From positions 62,000,001 through 62,064,000 of the forward strand of contig OX597816.1 of assembly GCA_951406725.2 (NCBI GenBank): a DNA stretch of 64,000 nt, given 5' to 3'. The notes beneath the pieces are model-generated. The model was not told the origin of the DNA, did no database searches, and saw only the letters and a list, made by a program, of their open reading frames with translations. This document shows positions 38,051 through 52,589 of the stretch, piece after piece; positions within the stretch are counted from its first letter, which is position 1; each line of letters starts with the position of its first letter. Origin of the DNA: Octopus vulgaris. Lineage: Eukaryota. A program made the position numbers and the translations under genes.

Positions 38051-38511
38051 TACATATATCTATCTATCTGTATATATGTATATGCTAGATTATTTGTTTT
38101 GATGACATATAAAGGTCAATAAAAATGTCCGATTGTTTTTTTCTTCTATTCCGATTTCATGTATATTTTATGCTTTTGTTTAATAATGTTTTATTATCAG
38201 TGTATCACATTTTATTTGATCCATTTATTTTATTTTTGATTTCTTATTCTTTAATCTCTATGTACTTTATTTTAATGCTTATAAGAGAATTCGTCATTAT
38301 ATCCTTGTGTCTTATTGAGACGCATTGTACTCTACAATTACGAAAATGTATTGTTATACAAATAAAAAATTAGGTACTTTTGAAAAACCACTTGAGGAGA
38401 TATTGCATCATAACTGTTTGTACAGCATCTCACCTGTAAGTTATTGGTGCAAGGTAGGTCGAGACGATGGTAGTGGTACAGTTCTATATTTAAGAGATGA
38501 GGAATTATGTA

Positions 38512-39026
38512 CGACGGATATTTGTCCTCATCTTGTTTGTTGTTAACACAACGTTTCGGCTGATATACCCTCCAGCCTTCTGCAGGTGTCTTGTAGAAAT
38601 TTCGGAACTGGGTTCTCATTCCTAAGAGATTTTTAGATATTATTATCATTATTATTGATAGCGTTCAGGTCACTGCTTTGAATCGAAGTCGGAATCTTGG
38701 GGTTAGTAGCCCGCGCTCTTAACCAGTGCACCATATTCACGTGGGCAATTATGGAGAGAATTTTAGGGCTTATAAATCTAATATTTTTCTATCCTTCCTT
38801 AATACCGGGGCCCATATGCTGCTCATATCTGCACTCGGTCTGTTTAGGAGGTCATTGTGTCCTAGCATATGTGCTGCTTCTTTCTTTTTTAGAGAACACC
38901 ACTAGAAAATACGAAAACTAAAAGAACCAGGTTCGAAATTTCCTCAAGAAACCTGAAGAAGGCTGGAGGGTATATCAGCCGAAACGTTGTGTTAACAACA
39001 AACAAGATGAGGACAAATATCCGTCG
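38512..39026. mobile_element. Element with about 105-bp inverted arms (38512-38616 / 38923-39026), an HHR in each arm and an internal tRNA-like head
   Basis: Plus 38948-38993: GAAAC-CTGAAGA-A-GGCTG..CAGCC-GAAA-CG-TT-GTGTT. Minus 38545-38590: GACAC-CTGCAGA-A-GGCTG..CAGCC-GAAA-CG-TT-GTGTT. Confidence 0.85.
38665..38736 (-). promoter_or_regulatory. tRNA-derived Pol III promoter-like head (not a functional tRNA)
   Basis: Minus strand tggtgcactggttaagagcgcgggctACTaaccccaagattccgacttcgattc has A-box-like, anticodon-arm-like and B-box-like segments but no acceptor stem. Confidence 0.65.
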
Positions 39027-39413
39027 AATGTAAATAATGTAAATGATGGTAGTGGTTCTGAATAAAGAGTCCCATGAATCACATATGCTTTCGTCATACA
39101 CTCTACAGAGACATACGAACCCTTAGGATAAATTCAGTGGCATTCTCGGAGACTGAGCATGATTGCAAATCTTGACACTTAACCACACAACCAAGTCTGC
39201 ACCATTATACGAAAGAATTTTGAAATATCAGAATAAGTTTGTGTTGAATAATGGATCATGTTGAAATTTGGAGTGACATGTAGGGAAACGACGCTTAGTA
39301 TAAAATATGCTTGATAAAAAAAGATGAAGGAAGAGAAATGGGAAAGAGTTAATATTGTAGATTAACAATAATGTAATATGATATAATGCTAAGTATATAT
39401 TATCGATGAAACA

Positions 39414-39414
<1 letters not shown>

Positions 39415-39498
<84 letters not shown>

Positions 39499-39540
39499 AT
39501 GTATGTATATATATTCATATATGTATATGTAAATATATAT

Positions 39541-39571
<31 letters not shown>

Positions 39572-39674
39572 AATATATTCACATATATACATACGCACAC
39601 AAATATATATATATTCCCATACATACATACATACATACATACACACACACACATATATATATATTCCCATACAT

Positions 39675-39737
<63 letters not shown>

Positions 39738-39983
39738 ACTGTGACTGACAGTTTCTTTTGGGTTATATATATATATATATATATATATACATACACACTT
39801 GTACATACATATATACACGTATCTGTATGTATACATTATAATATTTGCATAAAATGTATACACATAGAAGTACACAGGCACATACATATATATATATGTA
39901 CATATTTGTTCATCTATTTACCTCCTCTATCTCTCTATCAATGAGTTTGTATGTGTATATGCATGCATCAATAAATACACATA

Positions 39984-40039
<56 letters not shown>

Positions 40040-40068
40040 ATGTATATTTATATATATATGTATATTTA

Positions 40069-40112
<44 letters not shown>
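39415..40112. repeat. (TA)n/(CA)n/(TACA)n microsatellite cluster
   Basis: Directly visible. Confidence 0.95.
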
Positions 40113-40117
<5 letters not shown>

Positions 40118-42170
40118 TAGTTCAGGTGGTGTGTATTGGTGGTTTGGAGAACACAGATATGTGCCAAGTTTCATACATTGGAGTAGGAGCGTTTTCTCTA
40201 AATGTTGATATGAATAAAAATGAAGGGAGATGGATAAAAAAAAAAGGCATCATATAAAGGCAGTATGAAAAAATGCAGAAGCTCGGCGTATGATTGTCAG
40301 TGACAATTACATGAAGTGAAATGCAATACGTCTGTCAATGACAATAAAAGTGAGTGAAATGGAAAAAATCCACACACATGAAAAGCTGTAAGTCGCTCGG
40401 TATGTGATTGTTAGTGACAATGAAAGGGTCTTATGTAATGCAGTAGGTAGGCTGGTACAATATTCGGATGCTGCTATGGTTGATGACAACGAAAATATTA
40501 ATCCTAAGTTTGAATTCAGTGTATTTAATCGATACATCCGTATATTATACTTTACTAATAAGTGGCGAAAATATTTCAATGTAATACAAGAGTAGGAATT
40601 TAATACAAGAGTACGATCGTGAATATAAATGACCGAACAAGGACTTTTCCAATTGTCCATTAGGGAAATATTACTTTAGAAGATGCATAGCTTGACATCA
40701 AGGGTCTTTCCAAGTTTAACTGCTCTATGTCTCCTTTCAGAAGACACATCTGCGATGTTGCGGGCATGCGATTTGAACGTCGCAACCAAGATAGATTCTT
40801 GTAACCCAGACAACCGGAAGAAGACCTAAGATTAAGCGTAATCAAGAATGAGATAGTTTGGTAATGTTCATAGTCTCAGTTAGTCACACTTGAAAATCCC
40901 CCTCGAAAGTCTTAGAATGGTTGGTTCCTTCGTAGGTGCTGAAATCCCTACTTCCTCGTCACTCCCAGAAATAGTAGGCTGAGAAGATGAATGGATAGAT
41001 GGCTGGTATACAATGGAGCAGTTTCAACGACCACCCAATTGATATTAGAAGTATAAATGCCTCTATCATTTAGGTATAAAACTATTTTGACTGCGGGGAT
41101 GTTTTGACCGTTTGTGTTTTTCTTCCGCAGAGGTTACAACATATTCGGCGTCATAGAAGTCATTAGACAGGAGGCTATTAATTAGGTTGGCTTTGGATGT
41201 AGCAAAAGTTGCATCGAAATGGTTGTGAATCAGAAAGTGGGAGCCATGGAATAGGTAGTGCTACCTGTGGTAGTGTTAACTGGACACAAGCTGGGTCTCG
41301 ATCAACTCCGTTTGGGTCAGTTAGGTTAGGGTGTCTGATTTTAAGAAAAAGAAAATCTGAAACACCTTCATTGTGTGCGAAGATGCATCATAAGATAACG
41401 TTCGGGAAAAATGGAGTAAAGTGATAAGCTGGTTGAATCTTGCATGGCGTGCTGTGTCCAGTCAAATCTGTTTACGATGGCAACATATATCTTCATATAT
41501 CATCTCTATGAGCAGAATGACGGTCGAGTGTTCTTGGTTTGGAGAGAGAAAGCTGTGGGTTAATATCATTGTCAGACCATTTTAAAAGTTGTGACGAAGT
41601 ACAGAGTGTCATGAGGGTTCTACGTGACACAACGTGAGTTTGATTTTGGTGAACTTTTAGGATTTTCAATATTTTGCTTAGTTTTTAGTATCATTAATAT
41701 CACTTTGTTGGTATTTGTAATTATAGTTGTTGCTGATTGCAGTGATGCCTTTAGAGCGCAGTTGACGTAGGTATGTTTGTTTTATGTCAATCCTTGAGAA
41801 ATATGGGTTGTTATATTTCAGCTGTTTTCTGGTGTCGGATAAAAGTAGGTGTCAAATTTGTGGTCCAGATCGAAATTATTTATATTTTCTATTCCAGTTT
41901 TCCCTATGTGGTTTATGGTGGATGATTTTTCGAAAAACAGAAACAATCTACGATAAGGTTTTCTAGCAGTTGTCTGTGCGTGTGTACGTTATGTGGGTGT
42001 GCTGTTGCGACATGGAGTGTGACATGGTCACCATTATTGTTCTTGAATCTGCTAAATATCTTGTATAAGGATTTATTGATTGTTTTGTGATTTACTTCGC
42101 ATAGTACTTCTTTGCTTAGCATTTCGATAATGCGTCTTATTCTTCTTCTGTGGTGTTGCTGTTTTATTTT
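40112..42170 (-). pseudogene. Possible highly decayed Penelope-like element coding region (GIY-YIG-like fragments)
   Basis: Weak minus-strand fragments YSFSC....SLT...DRRIAFH, MPFF and a terminal PPELN abutting (TA)n, plus FKSHARNI. Many stops; boundaries are guessed. Confidence 0.3.
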
Positions 42171-42567
42171 TGAAGTTGGTCTGAGCTTAAATCAGGCTCT
42201 TTTCTGTACTATCAAAACGTGAACGTCAAATTCGATGAAATTTTCGTTAGTCTTATAAAAGTAATTTTTACGCCGTTAAATTTATAACACGTTACTTTTT
42301 TTTACAAATTTTGCGAGTGTTTGAATTAGTAAACAGTTAGAATTTGTTTTGAAGCTAGTAATAGTCTTTATCATAGTTGTTTAAAATACAGCGGTTTGTG
42401 AAACATGTGCGTTTATATGACGTTTATATGGTGTTGTCTGATTCTATCTGCATTAATATGTTATTTTAGTATTATATTTATTTAGTATTATATTTATTTA
42501 TATATCTATAAAGTAGTATACTTGCTTATATATGTGTTCAGTATTATAATTATTGTGTCAGTGTTAT

Positions 42568-42741
42568 AGGCGCAGGAGTGGCTGTGTGGTAAGTAGCTTG
42601 CTTACAAACCACATGGTTCCGGGTTCAGTCCCACTGCATGGCACCTTGGCCAAGTGTCTTCTACTATAGCCTCGGGCCGACCAAAGCCTTGTGAGTGGAT
42701 TTGGTAGACGGAAACTGAAAGAAGCCAGTCGGATATATATG

Positions 42742-42774
<33 letters not shown>

Positions 42775-42985
42775 TTGTGTGTCTATGTTTGTCCCTCCAA
42801 CATCGCTTGACAACCGATGCTGGTGTGTTTGCATCCATGTAACTTAGCGGTTCGGCAGAAGAGACCGGTAGAATAAATACTAAGCTTACAAAGAATAAGT
42901 CCTGTGGTCGATTCGCTCGACTGGAGGCGTTGCTCCAACATGGCCGCAGTCAAATTACTGAAACAAGTCAAATAGTAAAAGAGAG
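42568..42985 (+). mobile_element. Full-length SINE family A copy
   Basis: tRNA-like head aggcgcaggagtggctgtgtggtaag...gggttcagtccc, an internal (TA)(TG)n tract, and tail ggcgttgctccaacatggccgcagtcaaattactgaaac. Confidence 0.9.
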
Positions 42986-43460
42986 AGAGTTAGTTTTTAT
43001 TTTTATGCAAATTGTATTTTTCGAGCTACCTCAAATTGTTGAATTTATGTACGTCAATGTTCGTGATCGTAGTGTTGCTGAATGTTGCGAATATTGTTTT
43101 GGACATGCGAATGGCTCCACGTCTTTTGTTTCTTTTTGAAGTTTGTAACAGGTTTTCATTTTTCATTGATGTGCGAACGAGCTGTGATGATGATGGAATG
43201 TATGAATTGGCAGTGCTGTTTTGAAACAGCGTTCGCCATGCGTTACTAGTAGCTTGGCGTGTTCACAAAAATTGAAAACAGGCTGTGATAGCTTGATACG
43301 ATGGTGTGTGAAGTTAAGGACATTTCGAATCACTGTGCTTTGGCTTTAGTTTTCGTTGTTGTTTTTATACCTCCCTGCATTGTGTCCATATACAAATCTT
43401 CTATGATGGGTATAAGGTTAAAGGGATAGGACTGCAGTAACGGCTGAATGAGATTCAATG

Positions 43461-43529
<69 letters not shown>

Positions 43530-43532
<3 letters not shown>

Positions 43533-43893
43533 ATATATAAACGGCAGTTTGTCTGTGTGTGTGTGTGTGTGTCTGTTTGGTTGTACCCTCACCCTGACCA
43601 CTGCTTTCAACCGATTCTGATGAAACTTGACACACACATAGCCCAATGTCATAATTCAAAACTAACGCAGCGAAAATTTTGAAAAGTTCCCCCAGTTCTG
43701 AAAAAATCGATAAATTCGACATGGGGTCGACAATCAGAAACACAAACCACAGACTGTCTAGGGGACGCAACTCGACCTTTTTAACTAAAAAAAATTTACC
43801 ATCATTTTTTCCCCATTTTTTGGCTATAACTCTCTAAAAATATTTATAGTTATTTCCCTTACAAACCCGAGCAACGCCGGGCGATACTGCTAG
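43530..43893 (+). mobile_element. Non-autonomous Helitron (364 bp)
   Basis: a|TC start, subterminal hairpin cccgagcaacgccggg, CTAG|t end; inserted in (TA)n with no TSD. Confidence 0.9.
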
Positions 43894-44054
43894 TATATAT
43901 ATATATACGAATATATGTATATATTTAATTACATCAAATATATCAAATCGTCTTAAAGGGATGTTACCATCCAAGTTACCCGGTTATATCCAGTGCTTCA
44001 GTGAAAATATTTGTCTATTTATTAATTTCTCCATTTTCTTTTTTCCATACAAGA

Positions 44055-44118
<64 letters not shown>

Positions 44119-46014
44119 TCACTCAGACACACATATGCACGCACATACAAAAATATTTGACATCTAGCATTAAAGAAGTGTCTCTAAAAATAGCTAATGC
44201 AGATACGAAATAGAACACACGCTCACACGTGTATTTATGGGGGTGTGTGTGTTTATATGTGTATGTGGGTATGTATGTGCCGGTATGTATGTTCGTATAT
44301 ATTTATTACATTAATATAATTATGGTTGCTGATATTTTGAATTTCTCCATGCCATATTATCGCTTGTGTTTTTTTTTTTTGTTGAGTAGATTCTTTTATA
44401 TATTTTATAAGGTCTCAGCTGAATTTGACTCTGTCATATTTGATTTCAGTCTAGATACAACGTTGAAGAATTCTCTATTGTGTTTTCAGAGATCTGTCCT
44501 TAATTGTAATGGCATAAATGTGATGTGCGGCAAAGTATTTCTTTACTTCTATAAAAGTGTTTCTTTGCCCGTTATTTTAATATTCCTCCATATTTGTATT
44601 AATTTGACAACGTTTATTATATGTGAAGAGCAAAAATGTTTTGTTTAATCTCTTTCATGCTAAACTATAAAGTTGAGCTACTAGCCGTACTTCTTACCTT
44701 TATTGTCGTTATTTTATTGTAATATGTCACAAAAAATATGTATGCGACAATGTGAGATGTTAGTAAATAGAGTTGCTTGGTATCTCTGTTAATATTATAT
44801 TGGAAAATACGTTGTTAAAGATTTTAATGTATGTTTTATGCAGAGGCGCCGCTTTGGATTTAATGCATGTGTAGTTTTACCCTCGTATTTCTCTAGACGT
44901 TACTATATATCGAATTGTTATCATACGTCCGGCTTTGAAGCTATGACTTTTATATTATATTAGAGCCAATATATCTAATATTTTGACTAGTTTTCAATAC
45001 ACTAGGGTGAACGTTTCTTACAATTTATCCGCAAATTCCATTGTGCCAAGCGAGAACATATATATTCACTGTAAGAGCATATATAGTCGTTGTAAGGAAT
45101 TATGTTGCTGTTGCCTAAATATGTTTACACCTCTGCCACCGATATAATAGTTATGAAACACATGCAGGCGTAAATTCACTCGATTGTGCCCTTCACTTTA
45201 AAATGCGTAGTAGCGTTATCATTTAATATATTGTTATGTAAATGTTTATAATTGTAATGGCGTATATAGCCATGGGAATATTGACGTTGGAGGGCAATTT
45301 ATTAGTGCTAAATTTGTAGTTAAAGCATTCACATCTAGTACATCCGTACGAAGTTGTAAAACCTAGTGACCTAACACTAACACGATACCACTGATTTTAG
45401 CCACAAATAACCATATTTGCTCACTTTTATTGTATTTCAACCTGACATTTGTAGCCAAGCAATATATCGTCGACGCCATATTGCTTTATGTCAAAGATTT
45501 TATGGGAACATTTTAGAAAAGACATACGCTGCGTTACTTCGTGTGATGTATAATATTTTTTCATATTTGTTTTTGTTATGCTTAGTCGTGTAATTCTTTT
45601 TCTACTTGTTCAATTTCTTCTTGTTTCCATTCATTCATATCCTTATCCACCTGTTTCTTTCTGAGGCTACTCCTCTTCTATACAACATCTAGCATTAAAG
45701 AAATGTTCTTAACGAGAATTGCTAATGCAGATATTAAATAGAATGTAGAATATTTCTAACATCGCTCTAGCGTAGTAATATACAGAAGATCTCTAGATAT
45801 ATATAGTTTCTATCTTCTGCTTTCTATGTTTATGTACTTGCGTATGTCTGTCTATATGTGAATATATATATTTCTGCATAAGTAATCCCCTGTTAGTGTT
45901 GTTATCGTTGTTGTTGTTGTGTTGTTGTTGTTGTTATTCCTAGCATTACAATACCGCATAACTATCATAAAAAATATGTACCACTCCGCGTTACTAATTT
46001 TCTTTGCAATCTCA

Positions 46015-46720
<706 letters not shown>

Positions 46721-47215
46721 CTATATGCATTCCTTTTAAAATTTATCAATTCCACTGTCTCTTGACAATGAGCGTGATTCAGTATATTTGTCTATTTAGC
46801 TCACGTTTCTCTCTTAACCATAATATTAGAGAAAATTAAATCATTGTTGCTGCCATGCAAAGAGAAAGGTCGTTATTGATTTTTCTTCTTTTGTTTTCGA
46901 AAAACTTTGAATATATTTGAGTTGCATTTCTTAGAATTAGCCATTTTGTATTCAGGAACAAATCTCCCATCGTCACAGCTATATGCTCTTTGAATTTATA
47001 TTTTTATTTTATCTCTATGCTTTTTCTTCGTCTCTTGTTGTCTTTATTCTCCTCTCTTTTTTTTTTCTTTTTTTTTTTGCAATTTTGTGTAATTCAGATG
47101 GCACTCTGTGTCAGATTTCCGACGTCGAATTCTAGCAATGTTGTATGTCTATGAATGTCTCCTTGTAAAGATGTATTGATCTGTATGCGTTCATTTTTTT
47201 GTTAATGGCATGCAT

Positions 47216-47251
<36 letters not shown>

Positions 47252-48040
47252 GTATGTATATGTATGTATGTATGAGTGTTAGTATATGCATTTATATGTT
47301 CACACATGAGTGTAAGTGAGCGCAAATATATAAATGTATATATATATATGTGTGTGTGTGCGTGCGTGTGTGTGTTTATGCGTGTACTTAATCTATAAAA
47401 ATTAATGTATCTATCTATCTATCAATCTACCTATATATATATATTACGCAGACACAGATACACATTAGTTCACACACAACACACACATAACACACACACA
47501 CTTGTACATATGTATATATAGATATATACATCTTTACTATGTGTATCTCTGTGTTAGATATATCTGCGAATATACAGTATATGCCTGTAAAAGGAAAGCA
47601 AAATAACCATAGTGGAAATGGCCAAATACCCACGTACATATCCGCCTTCAAAAATGTGTAAATATATACATACTAATACATACACAAAACATTCATCTTT
47701 CATATACATATTTGCATACATACATACACTGACATACCCATATACATCAGTCATATATCTATACACACACGCATAAGAAACGTACACACTTACACACGAA
47801 ATCACACACACTCACACACATATCTTATATTCACATGAATACTTACATATCTGTGGTTGGGCATGTGAGTAATGGAAATTTATATATTTGTGTAAATGTA
47901 TGACCCATAATTTTCTTGATTAAGTATGAATATATGTATGTGTATACTAGTACAGAACTGTGTCTAGTTGTGAACTGTATTACGCATGCGTATTCATAGT
48001 TCCTTTCATATACGCCAAATTTGATGTATATAAACTGCCG

Positions 48041-48075
<35 letters not shown>

Positions 48076-49047
48076 ATATATACATACACGCATATTGATG
48101 TATGTATATATATATATATATGCACATTTATGTGTGTATATATATATATATATATTTAAGTGTATATATAGGCACCCATTTATGTGTGTGTATATATATA
48201 TATATATATATTTAAGTGTATATATAGGTACACATTTATGTGTGTGTATATATATATATATATATGTGTGTGTGTATGTGTGTGTTTGTGTGAGTGTGTG
48301 TGTGTGTGTATTACATAGATGTGACCAAAAGAACATGCCCGCAGTCCTGTATCTGTATTGATAGCAGAACTCAGCATGGTACCACATCATAACATCATAT
48401 CATATGCACATGGTAATTATTTAAAGCTCAACATAAGTGTTATATCTATATTTTTTCTTTTATTATTTATCTCTTTGTTTTTTTCTTCGTTTTTGTTACT
48501 TCATAAAAATAAGCCACAAATCTAATGGAATACATACATAATAAAGAAGTGCAGAAGTACTTCTCTTAATGTAGGAGAATTTTGGTATGTGTTGTTCTTT
48601 TCTCATTTATTTTTTGCTGTTGATACTCGGTGGAGAGAGTTTGTAAAGCAATATCTTTTTTTAATATAAGAAATTAATGAATATATTTAAGAGAGTGAAG
48701 TACAGATTAAAATTCAGTATTATTTTCATAGGCTCAGCTAATACCAGCCTAGAATATTCCTTTATATGTTTACATTATTTTTATGGAAACACATATTAAT
48801 TCAGTTATTTGTTTGCTTAAGTATATTTATGTTCTTATTTCCATAATATATACTCCACATTGAAAACCTAAAAATGTGTGAATTATTGGTTAAGGGATGG
48901 ATATTTAATTATTAGCTTGCAGATATAAAATACATCTATAGAAAACTAATTTAAGTGTAGCAGATATATGAAAAAAAAATACCCAGAACAAAAGCAAAGA
49001 AACAAAACATTAGATTCGAATACTTTTATCACACTGTACAACGAATT

Positions 49048-49101
<54 letters not shown>

Positions 49102-49281
49102 CGCATATATATATATACATACACATATATATACACATACATACATATATATATACATACATATATATATACATACACACACACATATATATATATATAT
49201 ATTCATACATATATATATATACATATTCATACATTCATATATATACGTACATATATATATTTATATATATCTATCTATCTA

Positions 49282-49342
<61 letters not shown>

Positions 49343-49740
49343 TAATTTACGTGTGTGTGTATGTGAGGGTGTGGGATGGATTTTGCTGTGTAAGTGTGAG
49401 TGTGTGTTTTACTCCAAACAATGTAAGTCAGCCAAACATTGAAATAAATTTCAACACTGCAAAACCTCACTGTGGGTGAAATAAGAATGTAAATGCATAT
49501 TTTCTATGCCAAACTTGTTTGTGCAGAGAAAAGGGAGGGGGTGTTACCTGGCAGACCGTTTCACAGTTTATTGACCGCTCCTTGGAGTAGACGTGCCCAG
49601 CTTCCTTCCCCAATCAACAGCTTGGGTGGAGGATACATTAATCTGTCACTATGTGGGATATCCTAACTGGACACTGGTACTTTTTAATATACGTCATTGT
49701 CAATGACAGAAATTGAGCGCCACTGAACAATGCAAAACTT

Positions 49741-50320
49741 AAGGCGGCGAGCTGGCAGAGACGTTTGCACGCTGGGCGAAATAAGTAGAGGTATTTCGTC
49801 TGCCGTTACGTTCTGAGTTCAAATTCTGCCGAGGTCGACTTTGCCTTTCATCCTTTCGGGTCGATAAATTAAGTACCAGTTACGTACTGGGTCGATATAA
49901 TTGACTTAATCCGTTTGTCTGTCCTTATTTGTCCTCTCTGTGTTTAGCTACTTGTGGGTAGTAAAGAAATAGGTATTTCGTCTGCCGTTACGTTCTCAGT
50001 TCAAATTCCGCCGAGGTCGACTTTGCCTTTCATCCTTTCGGGGTCGATTAAATAAGTAACAGTTACGCACTGGGGTCAATGTAATCGACTTAATCCGTTT
50101 GTCTGTCCTTGTTTGTCCTCTCTGTGTTTAGCTCCTTGTGGGTAGTAAAGAAATAGGTATTTCGTCTGCCGTTACGTTCTCAGTTCAAATTCCGCCGAGG
50201 TCGACTTTGTCTTTCATCCTTCCGAGGTCGATCAATATATACCAGTTGCGTACTGGAGTCGATCTAATCGACTGGCCCTCTCCCGCAAAATTTAGAATAA
50301 GTACTAGGCTTACAAAGGAT
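49741..50320 (+). mobile_element. SINE family B with an internally triplicated body
   Basis: gtatttcgtctgccgttacg starts at 49791, 49973 and 50157 (period 182-184 bp). Confidence 0.9.
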
Positions 50321-50324
50321 TAGC

Positions 50325-50465
50325 CATAACTTTCTCTTAATCTCTCTTCCTGTTTCTTGAGTAACGCTGCGATGGACTGGCGTCCCATCCGGCTGGGGGT
50401 AACACATACGCCACAGAAACCGGGAAACCGAGTCCATGAGCCTGGCTAGACTTGAAAAGGGCGAC
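50325..50465 (+). mobile_element. Isolated SINE tail X
   Basis: ctgcgatggactggcgtcccatcc...gaaaccgggaaaccg matches 3485-3550. Confidence 0.75.
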
Positions 50466-50504
50466 GTTTTTCATTTTTATTGAATCGATGATTTTTCTTC
50501 TAAT

Positions 50505-50710
50505 TTTTGGCACTAGACTAGCAATTTTGAGGGTAGGTTAAATCGGATTTAAGTGACAACAGTGCTCTACTGGTATCTATTTTATTGATCCGGAAAGGGT
50601 GAAAATCAATGTGGATTATGTTGGAATTCGAACCCATAACGTTAAGAAACGGAAGAAATGATGTTAAACATTTTATACGACTCGCTGACAATTATGTCAG
50701 TTCGTCACAT
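50505..50710 (-). mobile_element. Degenerate SINE family B copy
   Basis: ctggtatctattttattgatccggaaagggtgaaaatcaatgtgg...ggaattcgaacc. Confidence 0.55.
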
Positions 50711-51119
50711 TATTCTATTAGATGGCTGATATCTACTTGGGAAATGTGATCGTTCAACCTGCAGGAGAACAAGGCCAAATCTCTTAAACTATACGGTAAT
50801 GTCTTATATAAAGAATACATTGTTTGTACTTCTTGGTATGCCAGTGAAAATACAGCGAAGTAATGGGTGAGTGCCTGTGATCATAGTTCCACTTGATCAG
50901 ATGTGACCAAACGCTAAACGCCAACACTTCTGGAACTTTTGTGGAGCCTCTTTCTGGTCTCTAGGTCAGCCAAACGTGGCTGCAAACGCTCAACTATATT
51001 ATACTCTACTGTGGAAGAAATAACTGAAGACGTTGTATGGTACATTATATCCGAAAGCTAAAAATAAAAAAAAACGAAACATTCAAATGGTGGAGAAAAA
51101 GGACAGACTGGGTAGGTAT

Positions 51120-51348
51120 TCTTTACTACCCACAAGGGGCTAAACACAGAGAGGACAAACAAGGAGAAACAAACGGATTAAGTCGATTATATCGACCCCA
51201 GTGCGTAAGTGGTACTTAATTTATCGACCCCGAAAAGATGAAAGGCAAAGTCGACCTTGGCGGAATTTGAACTCAGAACGTAACGGCAGACGAAATACAG
51301 CTACGAATTTCGCCCGGCGTGCTAACGTTTCTGCCAACTCGCCGCCTT
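51120..51348 (-). mobile_element. SINE family B copy, inverted relative to 49741
   Basis: ctttactacccacaagg...gaaaggcaaagtcgacc...ctgccaactcgccgcctt. Confidence 0.9.
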
Positions 51349-52473
51349 GGTATTGAATACCATCAACTCCGAGGTAATCAAAAACAAAGTAAACCACTGG
51401 TGAAATTAGAACTCATATAGTAGAACGACAAAATTTAATACTACGCAATATTTATTTAACCCGGCGCTCTTTGACGTCTTCCACTCCACCGCTTCCCGAA
51501 TCATGCTCAGTCTCTCATACAATATGTTACTTTACTCGCTTTGCTATACAGTTATTTTCGCAATGGTAGATTCAGAACTTGTGACTCAAACTACATACAG
51601 CTCTGTGAACCAATAATGTAAAAACTTTGCAGGGGTCAACTTTTCTGAATGTGCTCTGTATCAATTTTATTCCTCATCGTATATTCTTTGATAGAGAAAT
51701 TCGATAGTTTGCTTTTCAAGCTTATCACGTCACATTTCGTTGTTATGCATCGCTGGTCTCTACATAGATGCGAATGATATGTTGGCTTTAATGTCTGTGT
51801 TAGTACTTAGTTATATCTTTTCATGTCGTTGCCCGAAATATCTTAACTGGTCAGCTAGAAAAGTAACACGTCAAATTGTTGGAGTTATTGAATAAACGAT
51901 CGATGAATAAAAAGGATTTATTTAACAGAACTTCATTTTACATGTTACATATAACTCAAAGTCAATCCGGTTAAGTTAAAGGTTCAGAAAGATAGAAAAT
52001 ATCTACAAAACATTTTTTTATTTTCTATTTGTTTTTTTTTTATTTTACATTTCAAGACTGAGCTTCCATGCTTGTCTTGATTTCTTTGTTGTTGACTTAG
52101 TGGAAATAAAGTATACAATTTCGATAGACAAAGTGAGAAACGCAACACGTACACGCACACGCACACTCACACACACTATAACGCAATCGTTACAACATAC
52201 ATACATACATATAAGTAATGTTGATTTTTTTTTTTAGTTATACATAAGAATCAGTCATTATTAATTGTAGAATCACTCAATATATTTTAAGCAGTATATG
52301 ACATTTTTTGCGAGGAAAAATTTGACAGGGACTTCGAAAGTGTGGGAATCGTTGGCGAAATTTTATATACATACTCATATCTCTGTCTCTGTCTCTGTCT
52401 GCCTCTGTCTCTGTCTCTGTCTCTGTCTCTCTCTCTCCTCTCCCTCTCTATCTCTCTTTCTCTCTTTCTCTCT

Positions 52474-52541
<68 letters not shown>

Positions 52542-52589
52542 TGACAAGCAGCGGAATCATTATGAATATCAAAAGATAAATATGGGTAA

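Noticed and set aside
47098-47143. Micro-exon after a strong polypyrimidine tract and CAG
   Set aside because: Too short to assess, with no partner exons or recognisable peptide.
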